Below, piece after piece: positions 38,589 through 48,628 of a DNA stretch of 64,000 nucleotides. Below the pieces are notes generated by a model. It worked only from the letters and a program-made list of their open reading frames with translations. It did no database searches and was not told where the DNA came from. Every line of letters starts with the position of its first letter. Positions within the stretch are counted from its first letter, which is position 1. The DNA is from Paramoeba atlantica (lineage: Eukaryota > Protista > Discosea): NCBI GenBank assembly GCA_977017575.1, contig CDRNVI010000029.1, positions 186,001-250,000 of the forward strand. Direction: 5' to 3'. The position numbers and the translations under genes were made by a program.

Positions 38589-38953
38589 GAATCACCAATA
38601 AATGTACCAATTTTGAAAAAAATGTACTCTGTGAAAAAAAAATCGACTTTTTTGCAGTTTTTTTTCCGGTTTAGGTATGATACAGATGTCCACGAGTGAA
38701 AAGGACCTCGGATTCGGAACGATTGGGTCGAAAAACAGTCCCATACAAAATATTTCCAAAATTGGACAAATTACAAGACCTGTAGGGGGGGGGGTAAAAG
38801 AGGCTGAACACTACTGTAAGTCTTCAACAAATGATGCAAGGATATTTTTTTTACGTTTACAATAGAAGAATTTCACTTGTAGAGCTTTATATTAGATTCT
38901 AAGCTTCTAGACTCGATTCTAAGCTTTAATACGCATTTTCATGGATAGTAATT

Positions 38954-39613
38954 ATGGATAGTAATCTACAATCCCAAATCACGCTCGCATTAGACAGAAC
39001 ATGCCGTTCTCTGTACGAACTCAGCGACTCGGACATAGCAAAACTGATGTATAGCCGTGGACTCCTATCAAGACTAGAACTTGGGTATGTACAAAATGAA
39101 GTGGCATGCTCAGAAAAAAACGGCATGTCGTCCCACTCGTTTTTAATACAATGCATTGAGAGCGCAATAAAGCGCGGAGCCCATCTGAACTACAACGCAA
39201 AAACATTGGCACGGGAAGGATCACCTGAAAGCGAAACCATCTACGAATTTTTGGAGTCGTTTATGCATCTTCCTGCCGTATCAAATGAACACAGTCAAGG
39301 GACAGGAAACGCTTTATGTAGACCCCGGGGGGAAGCGGCGCCTCAAAAACGATGCCACCAGGATGCATCGGGTAAAGAATGTCAGTACATTAATTTGTAT
39401 GCGTTTTCTGATCAAACTCCATCAACACCCCTAGAGAATCAAGATACGCTCAGGTATTATAAATCTAGTTTAGAGGGAGAGAAGGCCTCAATCGACGGAG
39501 CAATTCGTAGACTTGAAAGGCTGCTAGGGGATATGAAAAAAGTTGTATCCACTGCGCGTACTGACTCAGAATTTGATACGCGCTTGACAAGCTTGATAAA
39601 AAAAGGTTGGTAG
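38954..39613 (+). CDS. Hypothetical protein with C-terminal coiled coil
   Basis: 219-aa ATG ORF in cluster orientation. Confidence 0.6.
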   Translation: MDSNLQSQITLALDRTCRSLYELSDSDIAKLMYSRGLLSRLELGYVQNEVACSEKNGMSSHSFLIQCIESAIKRGAHLNYNAKTLAREGSPESETIYEFLESFMHLPAVSNEHSQGTGNALCRPRGEAAPQKRCHQDASGKECQYINLYAFSDQTPSTPLENQDTLRYYKSSLEGEKASIDGAIRRLERLLGDMKKVVSTARTDSEFDTRLTSLIKKGW

Positions 39614-39979
39614 AACTCTTAATGGAAGATATTCCCTCTCACATTTAGAATGTATTTTTTCAGTAAGAAATATACTGTCATTCGCTCTTTATACGTTGTT
39701 TTGTGTCTGAAGTGCACTCCTCTGTATATGGAGAGGAATAAGGGCATGCCTAATTTCGAAAAAAAAATAGATTATTGTTAAACTTCGATGAATCCTTTCA
39801 GGGAACGGGTTTCTGTAGAAAACGTTTGAGCAATGAGCTTATTGAGGATGCATCGTTCTTTCCAGTTGATGTCATATCTTTACGTCCATAAGCGAGAATT
39901 TACTTCTGTCATTAGATGTGCTTACGGAAAGAACAACAAATCTTGTTCTAAACTTACAAAACGCGTTGTAATCACGCAA

Positions 39980-40312
39980 ATGTCATACGTTCACGTATCA
40001 GGGACCGAATCACATCCATTGTATACCCTAAAACGGAATTTACACAGCGGTGTGCAATCTTCGGTACTGCGATTGTATAAAGATCTACTGTTAGAAGCTG
40101 AAAAAAAGGAAGAACCGCATCGTAGATTGCTTCGCGAATACATTCGAGCGCAGTTTCGCGAGCGACAAAATATTCCTCGAAGAAATTTTGACCAGATAGA
40201 GTTCTACTTGAGAAACGGGCAAAAAAAGCTGGAGCTGCTCAGAAAAACCAAACAAACAGATGGCTTCGCTATTTATAATCCGAACAAGGGTGCTCATAAA
40301 CATGTGAAATGA
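39980..40312 (+). CDS. SDHAF1: LYR-motif protein, SDHAF1/Sdh6-like
   Basis: HSGVQSSVLRLYKDLL...IRAQFRE..IPRRNFDQIEFYLRNGQKKLELL matches the SGLQ..VL.LYR...IR.EF...I...F..IEYLLR.G pattern. Confidence 0.7.
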   Translation: MSYVHVSGTESHPLYTLKRNLHSGVQSSVLRLYKDLLLEAEKKEEPHRRLLREYIRAQFRERQNIPRRNFDQIEFYLRNGQKKLELLRKTKQTDGFAIYNPNKGAHKHVK

Positions 40313-40860
40313 AGAATCGGACCTTTTACTCCTATAGGTGAGGACACCAGATTTAAATGTATCGGTGGCTATGCGTTACAGCACATCTTGTACAAATATA
40401 CAATTTACAATGCGCCGATTGTCGTTTTTTCAGCTCTTTGCGTTCTACTACTACTTGTTCCGCTAGACCGAAAATGAATTCTCCGATTTCGGATTCACGA
40501 ACTTCGTACAGGAGAATCATTTTGTGCGTGACTAAATGCAGGCATATGACACTACAGTGACAAAATGTGTAAGCTAAGTGTGTTGAAACTACAGAAAAGT
40601 TTACAATTGGGCAAATATTTGTCTAAGGAATCAATATTTTACAGAAGACACTCAATGTATAGAATTGTATAAAATCACAAACAACATCTCAAACACTTCA
40701 GCAGAAAACAATACGAACCGCACTAGGTACATATACAGCAAAATTATACCAACTCTGCTGAATAGTACGAACGTGGAGAGTATTTCTCTTTCAACTGAAG
40801 ATTCATTTGATTTAAATACACAAAAAGAAAACTTCGTTTCTTCATTACGTTAATAAAAGC

Positions 40861-41892
40861 ATGTACAACAGGTATAGACTGCAAACTCTAGTCAGCAACG
40901 GCATTCGACTGCGATATCTCGACTTAAAGCCTAGCACTAAGGGGATTATGGACGGTAGTCCAACTTTACAACCTCAAAAAGCTACAGAATATCCGACGTG
41001 TGTTCTTCTGCATGGTTTCCCACAGCTTTGGTATGGATGGAAGTATCAAATACAACATCTTCACGAAAAGGGGTATCGAGTGATTGCCCCAGACCTACGT
41101 GGCTACGGCGGTAGTGATGCTCCACCAGATGCTTCAAGCTATGACGTGTTTACGGTTACGCAAGATATGCTCGGGCTTCTTCAGCAACTTCACATACCCA
41201 ACGCTGTTTTTATAGGTCACGAAATAGGAGCCGTAATCTCATACTTTATTGCGCTGTACCGACCTCACATCGTGCGCGGAATTTGCGGACTCAGTGCACC
41301 ACACATTGTTTGCTCCCCCACCATGAGCCCATTGAGGAATCTGGAAAACGACATGGGACCCCGATTTCATTACGTTCTGTACCATAATGAGAAAGCAGCG
41401 GAAAGGGAGTATGACGCGCGACCAGAGGTGTTTCTCCGAAGGCTCTACTCGTTGGGGAGTGTGAGCTGTGAAAGCCCTGTGATCATGTCACCCTATAGGG
41501 CAGCCGGAGATTCCTTTATTGATCGCCTTGGTGAACCAATAGCTCTACCTTGCTGGTTAGAAGCAGCTGATCTCGAGTACTTTGTTCAAAATTTTCGAAA
41601 GCGCGGATTCGCAGGACCTGTACATTATTTTCGCAATTTTATGCGCAATTGGAAACATTTTCTTAGCCTTAAGAACAAATTTATTACGCAGCCCTCGACA
41701 ATTGTACTTGGTGAAGCGGATCCTACTTTAGAATACTACTGCAACCAAAAACATATGCTAAGCAAGATGACCAGTTCTTTGAAAAATCCTATAGAGACGT
41801 CGATTCTTCCGAATACGGGCCATTTTCTACACTGGGAAAAGGCTGATCTTGTTAACAGCAAACTTGATGAACTTCTAAAGCATTGCATTTAA
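40861..41892 (+). CDS. Alpha/beta hydrolase, soluble epoxide-hydrolase-like
   Basis: LLHGFPQLWYGWKYQI, VIAPDLRGYGGSDAP, GHEIGA nucleophile elbow, lid Tyr (FHYVLY), GEADP and GHFLHWEK. Confidence 0.88.
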   Translation: MYNRYRLQTLVSNGIRLRYLDLKPSTKGIMDGSPTLQPQKATEYPTCVLLHGFPQLWYGWKYQIQHLHEKGYRVIAPDLRGYGGSDAPPDASSYDVFTVTQDMLGLLQQLHIPNAVFIGHEIGAVISYFIALYRPHIVRGICGLSAPHIVCSPTMSPLRNLENDMGPRFHYVLYHNEKAAEREYDARPEVFLRRLYSLGSVSCESPVIMSPYRAAGDSFIDRLGEPIALPCWLEAADLEYFVQNFRKRGFAGPVHYFRNFMRNWKHFLSLKNKFITQPSTIVLGEADPTLEYYCNQKHMLSKMTSSLKNPIETSILPNTGHFLHWEKADLVNSKLDELLKHCI

Positions 41893-42479
41893 TCAATTGC
41901 TACATTTTTGGTGCGAGACTTGGTGACCACTCTACGAAGACTTTCAAACATAGCATGGAGCCGTATGTCATACATGTATAAATGCATTTATGCTACGGTA
42001 TGCAAGAACGCTAAGGACACCGCGTCCTTATATACGCGCGACACCTGCGTATCATTATCGTCCAGTCAGTAATAGTATTACAGTATTAAATATTGTACTG
42101 TACCGAAGCGCTCATACTTTACGGTCCGGCTCAATCTACGGCTCATGCTTCGGGTCATGCGTGTATGGTGGGTTGCGGGTGCTGAGATTTCAGCAAAGTT
42201 TCACAAGGCGTCACATCTTCATTGTGTTGCCCATGGCACTTCTCTAACACCGCCTTTGGCATGCCCAAGCCTGGACAAAGTTACGGTTTTAGTTTTTTTC
42301 TATTTCAATTTTTATAAAGTTACGGCTTTAGTTTCTAATCCATCTCGTAGCCTTAAAACGCTAAACAATTTGGGTCAAATATTCGAACTGTCTATTAGTG
42401 TCGAAGCTTTATATTTCCGAGCATTAGACAAATATATTCGCTTTATTCTTTGACACCGAGAGCCTGGAACTCTCTTGCA

Positions 42480-42857
42480 ATGTTGTTCTATTTTATGTGC
42501 ATGTTCGCTGTCTGGAACATTTCGCAAGACATAATCCATAGCAACATGTCGGCAAAAAACATTTCCGCTGCGACATGTACGTTGCGCAATGAGCCTAGAC
42601 TTTGGCAACACGACAAAGGTGAATTTCGTCGATCGCGCGGTAAAAGTAACTCATGGGAGGAGATAAACGAAGAAGGACAGATAACTTCACGATTCACGCA
42701 ACAACAGTTATCGGGTCGTCAGGTCATTCTTCGAAATAATGAAAGAGACATTACTCTTGTATTGACAGAGGAAATGGCAGGAATCCGTGGAAAAGGGCAA
42801 GAACAATTCCAACAGCTTTATGCTGGTTCTTGGGTGAAGATTGCAGATTGCACTTAG
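42480..42857 (+). CDS. Small hypothetical protein with hydrophobic N-terminus
   Basis: 126-codon ORF in cluster orientation; no family recognised. Confidence 0.4.
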   Translation: MLFYFMCMFAVWNISQDIIHSNMSAKNISAATCTLRNEPRLWQHDKGEFRRSRGKSNSWEEINEEGQITSRFTQQQLSGRQVILRNNERDITLVLTEEMAGIRGKGQEQFQQLYAGSWVKIADCT

Positions 42858-43170
42858 TACGAATGCGAATCGAGTGACATCACAAATTCAGGCATTCTGA
42901 CAGTTCGTAACACTGGCAGCCTGCAGTACCCGATTTATTGACGCAGAAAATTGTTTATACTGAAAGATGATCTGGAACGTACATCATATACACGTAACAC
43001 ATGCATCATGTACATGAGTAAAGTATGCTAATAAGAAATAACGCATAATCAAGTTTTAGCGATACTCGTTGTAGACTTTCAAGAATTATTAGTATTCCTA
43101 AAACCAAATTACACACATGTGTAGATTCGTGATCTATTGTATACCTAGTGTATTATTCAAGTAATTTCAA

Positions 43171-44826
43171 ATGTGTTCTGCTCACAACGTGCAAAACCTT
43201 GATTTTTTTCATGAGATTGACGAACCGAATGAGGCATTCGGTGCGAAAGAAGTGAACGCTACTAGTAATACCATAAGTACTCCAGCAGTTCAATCTGAAA
43301 ATGCATCCGCATTACCAGAACACAGAAGTGCTGATGAGATCAGAAAGTCGATGCACATTCGAATTCATCTACTTTCAAAGATCGACACATCAAAAGAGAG
43401 GAAGCGAAAACACCTACCAAGGCAAAACAAGCAAACATTAAAAAATGTGCCACTGTGCTCCAATTTTAAGACTCTGAAGCATTCTTTTTCTAAAGGTGTC
43501 TTACATACTTTGGAAGAGAAGCAGTTTTCGTCATGCACTCCTGTCCAATCCCAGTGTTTGCCACTTCTTCTGCAGCCTTACCTTACTTTAAACAACGGAA
43601 AAGGAGAAAAGGTGCAGAGTGCTGACGCCGCACAGGCACATACTGGTAATATTTCGACGTCACTGCCCAAAACTTACGCATCACCTCCTTGTGTCCTGGT
43701 GTGTGCCCCTACGGGTTCAGGAAAGACAATTGCCTACCTGTTGCCCCTCATAACCGATCTGGAGCGCAGGTGGCCATACGGGAAAAGACGAATAAAACGA
43801 AAAGGTAGTTCTGAATCTGTCCCACAAACTACCGAAAGAAAGGACCATTCGCGAAGAGAAATTGGCCTTCGCTCCTTTGTTTTGGTACCCACACGCGAGC
43901 TTGCGATTCAAGTCGAGACAGAACTCTTATCTTTCTCAAATCGCTCTTCACTTCGCATTATGCAGTGCGAAATGAACAAAACTCAAATAACACAGAGTGA
44001 TGTAATCGTTTCCACACCCCACCGCATGCAATCCTTTCTAGATGAATGCGGTGGCACCGTACTTAGCGCTGTCCAGTTTTGCGTTGTGGATGAAGCGGAC
44101 CGAGTGCTAGATAAGACCTCACCTAATCTATTAGAGCAATGCAGTGCTCTCCTTGAGACCCTTCCCACAGACCACTTGTCGCTCTCTATGTTCAGCGCAA
44201 CACTTCCTCAGCACTTTGACGCAACCGTTCGGCGAATTATGCCACGAGACTTTTACCGTGTTGTTGTGGGGGCCCGTGTGGCTCCGACGGAGTTAGTCGA
44301 CCAAAAGCTTATCTACGTCACCAATGAACAAGGCAAGGTAGATGCGATTCGACGTCTCTTGCTAAACGGGTTTTCTCCTCCTATGCTCGTTTTTACTCGA
44401 TCCATTGAACGATGCGAGAAAGTGTTCCGTGAAATTGGCTCAGAACGTTATCGAGTTGCTGTTCTTCATTCCTCTCTCCAAGGCGACGCTCGTTCACGCA
44501 TAATGGAGCAAATACGTCTGGGTACCGTATGGATACTCATTACTACAGATCTGCTTGCGCGTGGAATAGACATAAAGAACGTTGGGACCATCTTAAATTT
44601 TGATTTTCCTCCCTCACCGGAATGTTACGTTCATCGAGTCGGTCGAGCAGGACGAGCAGGGTGCCAGGGAAGTGCCATAACTCTTTTTACGGACGCAGAC
44701 AAACCGATGGTCAGGGATATAGCGATGTTAATTCAAAATTCTGGGAGCAGCGTTGAGCCGTACTTGCTTGAAATGAAAAGGGCCGGCCGAGCAAGACGCA
44801 AGCTCTATCGACAATCTGGGTTCTAA
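43171..44826 (+). CDS. DDX52: DEAD-box RNA helicase, DDX52/Rok1-like
   Basis: CAPTGSGKT, PTRELA, STP, VDEAD, SAT, PPMLVF..SIER, WILITTDLLARGID and YVHRVGRAGRAG. Confidence 0.8.
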   Translation: MCSAHNVQNLDFFHEIDEPNEAFGAKEVNATSNTISTPAVQSENASALPEHRSADEIRKSMHIRIHLLSKIDTSKERKRKHLPRQNKQTLKNVPLCSNFKTLKHSFSKGVLHTLEEKQFSSCTPVQSQCLPLLLQPYLTLNNGKGEKVQSADAAQAHTGNISTSLPKTYASPPCVLVCAPTGSGKTIAYLLPLITDLERRWPYGKRRIKRKGSSESVPQTTERKDHSRREIGLRSFVLVPTRELAIQVETELLSFSNRSSLRIMQCEMNKTQITQSDVIVSTPHRMQSFLDECGGTVLSAVQFCVVDEADRVLDKTSPNLLEQCSALLETLPTDHLSLSMFSATLPQHFDATVRRIMPRDFYRVVVGARVAPTELVDQKLIYVTNEQGKVDAIRRLLLNGFSPPMLVFTRSIERCEKVFREIGSERYRVAVLHSSLQGDARSRIMEQIRLGTVWILITTDLLARGIDIKNVGTILNFDFPPSPECYVHRVGRAGRAGCQGSAITLFTDADKPMVRDIAMLIQNSGSSVEPYLLEMKRAGRARRKLYRQSGF

Positions 44827-45027
44827 ATGAGTTCTGACTCATTTGTGCGGCGCTTAGTGCAATTGTGAAACTAAACTCTTGGAAACTAAATTCTTGGAAG
44901 CTAAATTCTATTTTAACTCTTTAATTTTTTTTCTTTGGAGTCATGACTTTTGGGACGTGTACTTCCCATGTGATCGTCAACGACAGAACATGATGATGAG
45001 TTTTTTTGTTTGCACATTTAAAGATTC

Positions 45028-46161
45028 ATGCTTCGATTCGCGGCATGGGCTTTCCAAAAATGGAAGCCCCGGATGAACAAAGTGAAATCCACAAAGCGTA
45101 AAAAATCTGAAACGAGCGGTTCTGGATCCACACGACCGAAGAAAACGTGGGATGACACAAAGCTCATACCGAAAGCATCCACTCCTCTTGCCTTGGCCAA
45201 GGTTTACCAAAGAGTTGTGGATCGACGAATCCTTGGTAAAAATGTTTTCAACGAAATCAGTATCCATCCAGAGATACCGGACAGTATTCCTGTAGAGACC
45301 AGAGAGAATTTTCCACATTATTTGCGCTCCTCACGCACACGTCCCACACACTTTGTGTCACTTTCCATAAAGAAACCCTCCGTTCTGAGCGGGATTGCTA
45401 GCGTGCAGAACGAAATTGTGAATACCCATAAATTTCTGCGTCACGCAATGATACCAGCGCCTCGACTGCATGTCTCATTAGCACTGCTAAGACTTGATAC
45501 TCTAGAGCAGAAATCGGAGGCAGTGGTTACTGTGATGCGCGTTCTTGAGGAGCTCGGAGCATCGATGCAACCCATTACTCTACGATTTAGAGGTCTCGGT
45601 GTTTTCCGTAGGGGAGAGGTTCTGTTTGTTCGATTAACACCCGAACTCCATTTCAAACATTTACACAACTTCCAGACTGCCCTACGACGACGTCTTGGTG
45701 GCCTTTCGTTAACTGGGTCAAACGGTTACGCCGAAGTATTGCCTAGTACAGTCCAACTAGTCGGAAATCCGTATGATAACTGGACACCCCATCTTACCAT
45801 TGCAAAAATGAAGCAGATTCGAATTGCAAGAATGCAAAAAGATACAGAGAAAACAGTAACACCAGATATCGATACTTTGGTAGAGGAACACTCCGCTACC
45901 GACAAAGTTAATTCAATTCGGGAATACAATTATCATACGATTCCTTACCCGTCTTACAGCAAATTTGTGGCGAATTCTTTCGGAGAGGAAACTTTTCGAG
46001 AGGTAGAGCTGTGTGACATGCGTGGGTCGAGGAGTAATGATGGGGGGTATCTTGTCTCAGGCAAGGCACCGCTTTCCTTTCCTCTGTCAAAGGCTGGTGT
46101 TTCGTCAAAACCACTACATGAAAGACTGCCTCAAGACCTGATTGATCGGTCCGAGGTATGA
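45028..46161 (+). CDS. 2H phosphoesterase, AKAP7/ASCC1-like 2',5'-RNA-ligase domain
   Basis: RPTHFVSL, then PRLHVSLALLRL and WTPHLTIAKM (two HxS/T motifs). Confidence 0.8.
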   Translation: MLRFAAWAFQKWKPRMNKVKSTKRKKSETSGSGSTRPKKTWDDTKLIPKASTPLALAKVYQRVVDRRILGKNVFNEISIHPEIPDSIPVETRENFPHYLRSSRTRPTHFVSLSIKKPSVLSGIASVQNEIVNTHKFLRHAMIPAPRLHVSLALLRLDTLEQKSEAVVTVMRVLEELGASMQPITLRFRGLGVFRRGEVLFVRLTPELHFKHLHNFQTALRRRLGGLSLTGSNGYAEVLPSTVQLVGNPYDNWTPHLTIAKMKQIRIARMQKDTEKTVTPDIDTLVEEHSATDKVNSIREYNYHTIPYPSYSKFVANSFGEETFREVELCDMRGSRSNDGGYLVSGKAPLSFPLSKAGVSSKPLHERLPQDLIDRSEV

Positions 46162-46574
46162 ACACAGTCAGCTCGGGCCACCTAGCACACGTGCCCTTAT
46201 ACATGTCTTATTGACATTTGTGAAAGCAAAAGCCATTGAACGGCTTCTGGATTATTCTACACATGTAGTAACGTATTTTACTAGCCTTTATTTTAAAGAG
46301 GGACGCGCTATGTGCTTACAGAAGGTCTACACCCGTGTAAATAGTACATGTTTCCAATTTCGTACAATTCACATTAGTATTTTTATTCACATTTTATTTT
46401 TTTCGTGCCTTTTTCTGACCAATAATTTATTGGAATTAAAGATCAGTGCGCTACGTTTTCCAATATTTAGCAGTTCTTGCTACGCGATTCGTACGTACAT
46501 GTATTTTCTGTAGGTAACATGGACCAATGATACATTTAGGCCCAAAGGTGCTGCTGGATACACTTTCAGACTAA

Positions 46575-48422
46575 ATGTTGTTGCTGTTCCAAGCGTTTGC
46601 TTTGCTACACGTTCTCAACACAGATAGATCGAATGGGTCAAAGCCATTTCTGTCAACATCAGAGAACCTTTCGTTCCATTCGACAACAGAACATTTCGCC
46701 CCTCCACTACCTATGGATGTTATTGTACCCGAAAGCAGTGAACCGGACGCTTTTTCCTCAATACCTTTCGACGATTGGGACGATATTACCCAGCATCACA
46801 AGGACGGCGAAAAGAATGTATTTCGTAAACAATCCGGCCATACCCTTTCAGAGACGGTGAAAACTGAACACGCCCCAGAAAGCAATGCAAAAAAAGATGA
46901 TTTCCAAACTGTTCCGCACCGACATCTACATGTATTACCTTCACGACCAGAAATAAACCAAGAGACGAGCATCTCTCCTGATGCCTCTCACGGTGTGAGC
47001 AGTTTCATTGGTCGTGTTCGTGAGTTCTGGAGCCGTCGCTCAATGACAGAGGAAGATTTTCAGTTACGTCCATCATATCTTCCTAGAGCTCAAGTTGGAG
47101 ACAAATGCTTCGTTACAGGTCCCAATTTTCGAGATGGTCGAGTATTGTTTTCGACGGATTGGACTAGGGGAGCTCATATGGATTTTCTTATTTTCCCTTT
47201 TACCAGGAACAAAATATATCTTGTGCCTCCAGAGGAGATCATGTCAGATTTAGAACACCGACCATCGCCCGAAGAAGGTATCAAAGAGGAGAGATATTAC
47301 GCAATTGACGTAACGAGAGCAAAGCGTAATGAAATGGCTCATCGATTGCACCTATTTCGGACCGAAGCAGACTCGGAGCCCATTCTTTTTGGAGGGCACT
47401 TCCTTCTGATTACTCCAAAACAAATGTCTGGGGCGACTCAATATAGACCCGACGGCGAGCGTACTATTATATTCAATCGAATTTTGTCTACCAAAGAAAA
47501 TTCTGGAAGGCACCGTGGAAAAGTAATTTGGACGCGGCCTGAATTAACTCGAGCTCTGCGTGTATTATCTAGCGGAAATGCAAATGAGACGACCAGAGTA
47601 CTCCAGTACTCCACATTATGCCATCGTCCAGCGTTACAGCGAAGAAAGAAATGTAACGAATCTCGAGAGTCAGAGGACGTGTTACAATCTCGCAAAAGCA
47701 AGGAGGACGATGAGATTCTTCAGCGATGGGTCGCTTCCCCGCATGAAAACAGCAAATTTCGTTGCTTTTTGGAGCGCGTGCGAAAAGTCATCTCAGGATG
47801 GTTCAGATGCAGCCAAGATAGTGAGAAATATTCAGAAAGAGATAGACTTTTGAGCGACACACGAGGACTTAATGATAGGCCTTCCAGGCTAAACCCGTTT
47901 ATAGACTACACCTGGAACGCGGAAGAAGGGCCCATACATTTTCCCCCGGCGGCCGGTCCCTCGAAACCTCTTTATCCAGAGTACAAGCGAGAGATACAGC
48001 TTTGTTTTTCGGCGCAACAATCTTGCTTGTATAGCTCGGATGATGATCTCTATGTGAAAAGGCTGCAGCAGAGCTCCACTCACCACCCTGGCTTATTTGG
48101 GCGATTTCGGAGAAGGTGGACCCACACAATATCACCCGACGCTACCCAAAACGCGTACAATAAATGTCTTAAGCCTCCCGCATTTCTTCTCGGAGAGGGA
48201 AAGCTACACGTTGATTCAGAATGGCGATACGATTGGAAGGGCAACTGTAACAAATCAGAAATTGAAGAGAGAAGGAGACATACAGGTATGAAAAGTGATA
48301 TCCGCGCCCCTATTGAAGGAATGTGTCAACCAAGCATTGGGGAGGCTCCAATGTATTACTTACTGCGCAGCGGACAACACGAGCGGTTGTATCCTGTCTA
48401 TTGTCCCTGCAAGGTGCAGTAA
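46575..48422 (+). CDS. Hypothetical protein
   Basis: 615-aa ATG ORF in cluster orientation; no family recognised. Confidence 0.65.
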   Translation: MLLLFQAFALLHVLNTDRSNGSKPFLSTSENLSFHSTTEHFAPPLPMDVIVPESSEPDAFSSIPFDDWDDITQHHKDGEKNVFRKQSGHTLSETVKTEHAPESNAKKDDFQTVPHRHLHVLPSRPEINQETSISPDASHGVSSFIGRVREFWSRRSMTEEDFQLRPSYLPRAQVGDKCFVTGPNFRDGRVLFSTDWTRGAHMDFLIFPFTRNKIYLVPPEEIMSDLEHRPSPEEGIKEERYYAIDVTRAKRNEMAHRLHLFRTEADSEPILFGGHFLLITPKQMSGATQYRPDGERTIIFNRILSTKENSGRHRGKVIWTRPELTRALRVLSSGNANETTRVLQYSTLCHRPALQRRKKCNESRESEDVLQSRKSKEDDEILQRWVASPHENSKFRCFLERVRKVISGWFRCSQDSEKYSERDRLLSDTRGLNDRPSRLNPFIDYTWNAEEGPIHFPPAAGPSKPLYPEYKREIQLCFSAQQSCLYSSDDDLYVKRLQQSSTHHPGLFGRFRRRWTHTISPDATQNAYNKCLKPPAFLLGEGKLHVDSEWRYDWKGNCNKSEIEERRRHTGMKSDIRAPIEGMCQPSIGEAPMYYLLRSGQHERLYPVYCPCKVQ

Positions 48423-48628
48423 TTTTATTGCGCCGCGGTGATAAATCAACTTATGTCATAATACTTTACTACCGTGAATACATACAACGACGAAATACAG
48501 TATCTGTACATAGAAGTGCGACACACTGTAATCGCAGTAGGCTAATGTAATTCAGTAAATCCAGTTTTTACATACATGTATTTCTAGAATACAATTTAAC
48601 TTTAAGCCCATCTCGTAATACGTTTTGC

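Larger units (their letters stand above)
36485..38816 (-). mobile_element. Tc1/mariner (IS630-Tc1-mariner) DNA transposon with internal 778-bp tandem duplication
   Basis: TA at 36483-36484 and 38817-38818; imperfect TIRs 36485-36607 / 38693-38816 starting CAGTGG/CAGTAG; encodes a DDE transposase on the - strand. Confidence 0.95.
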
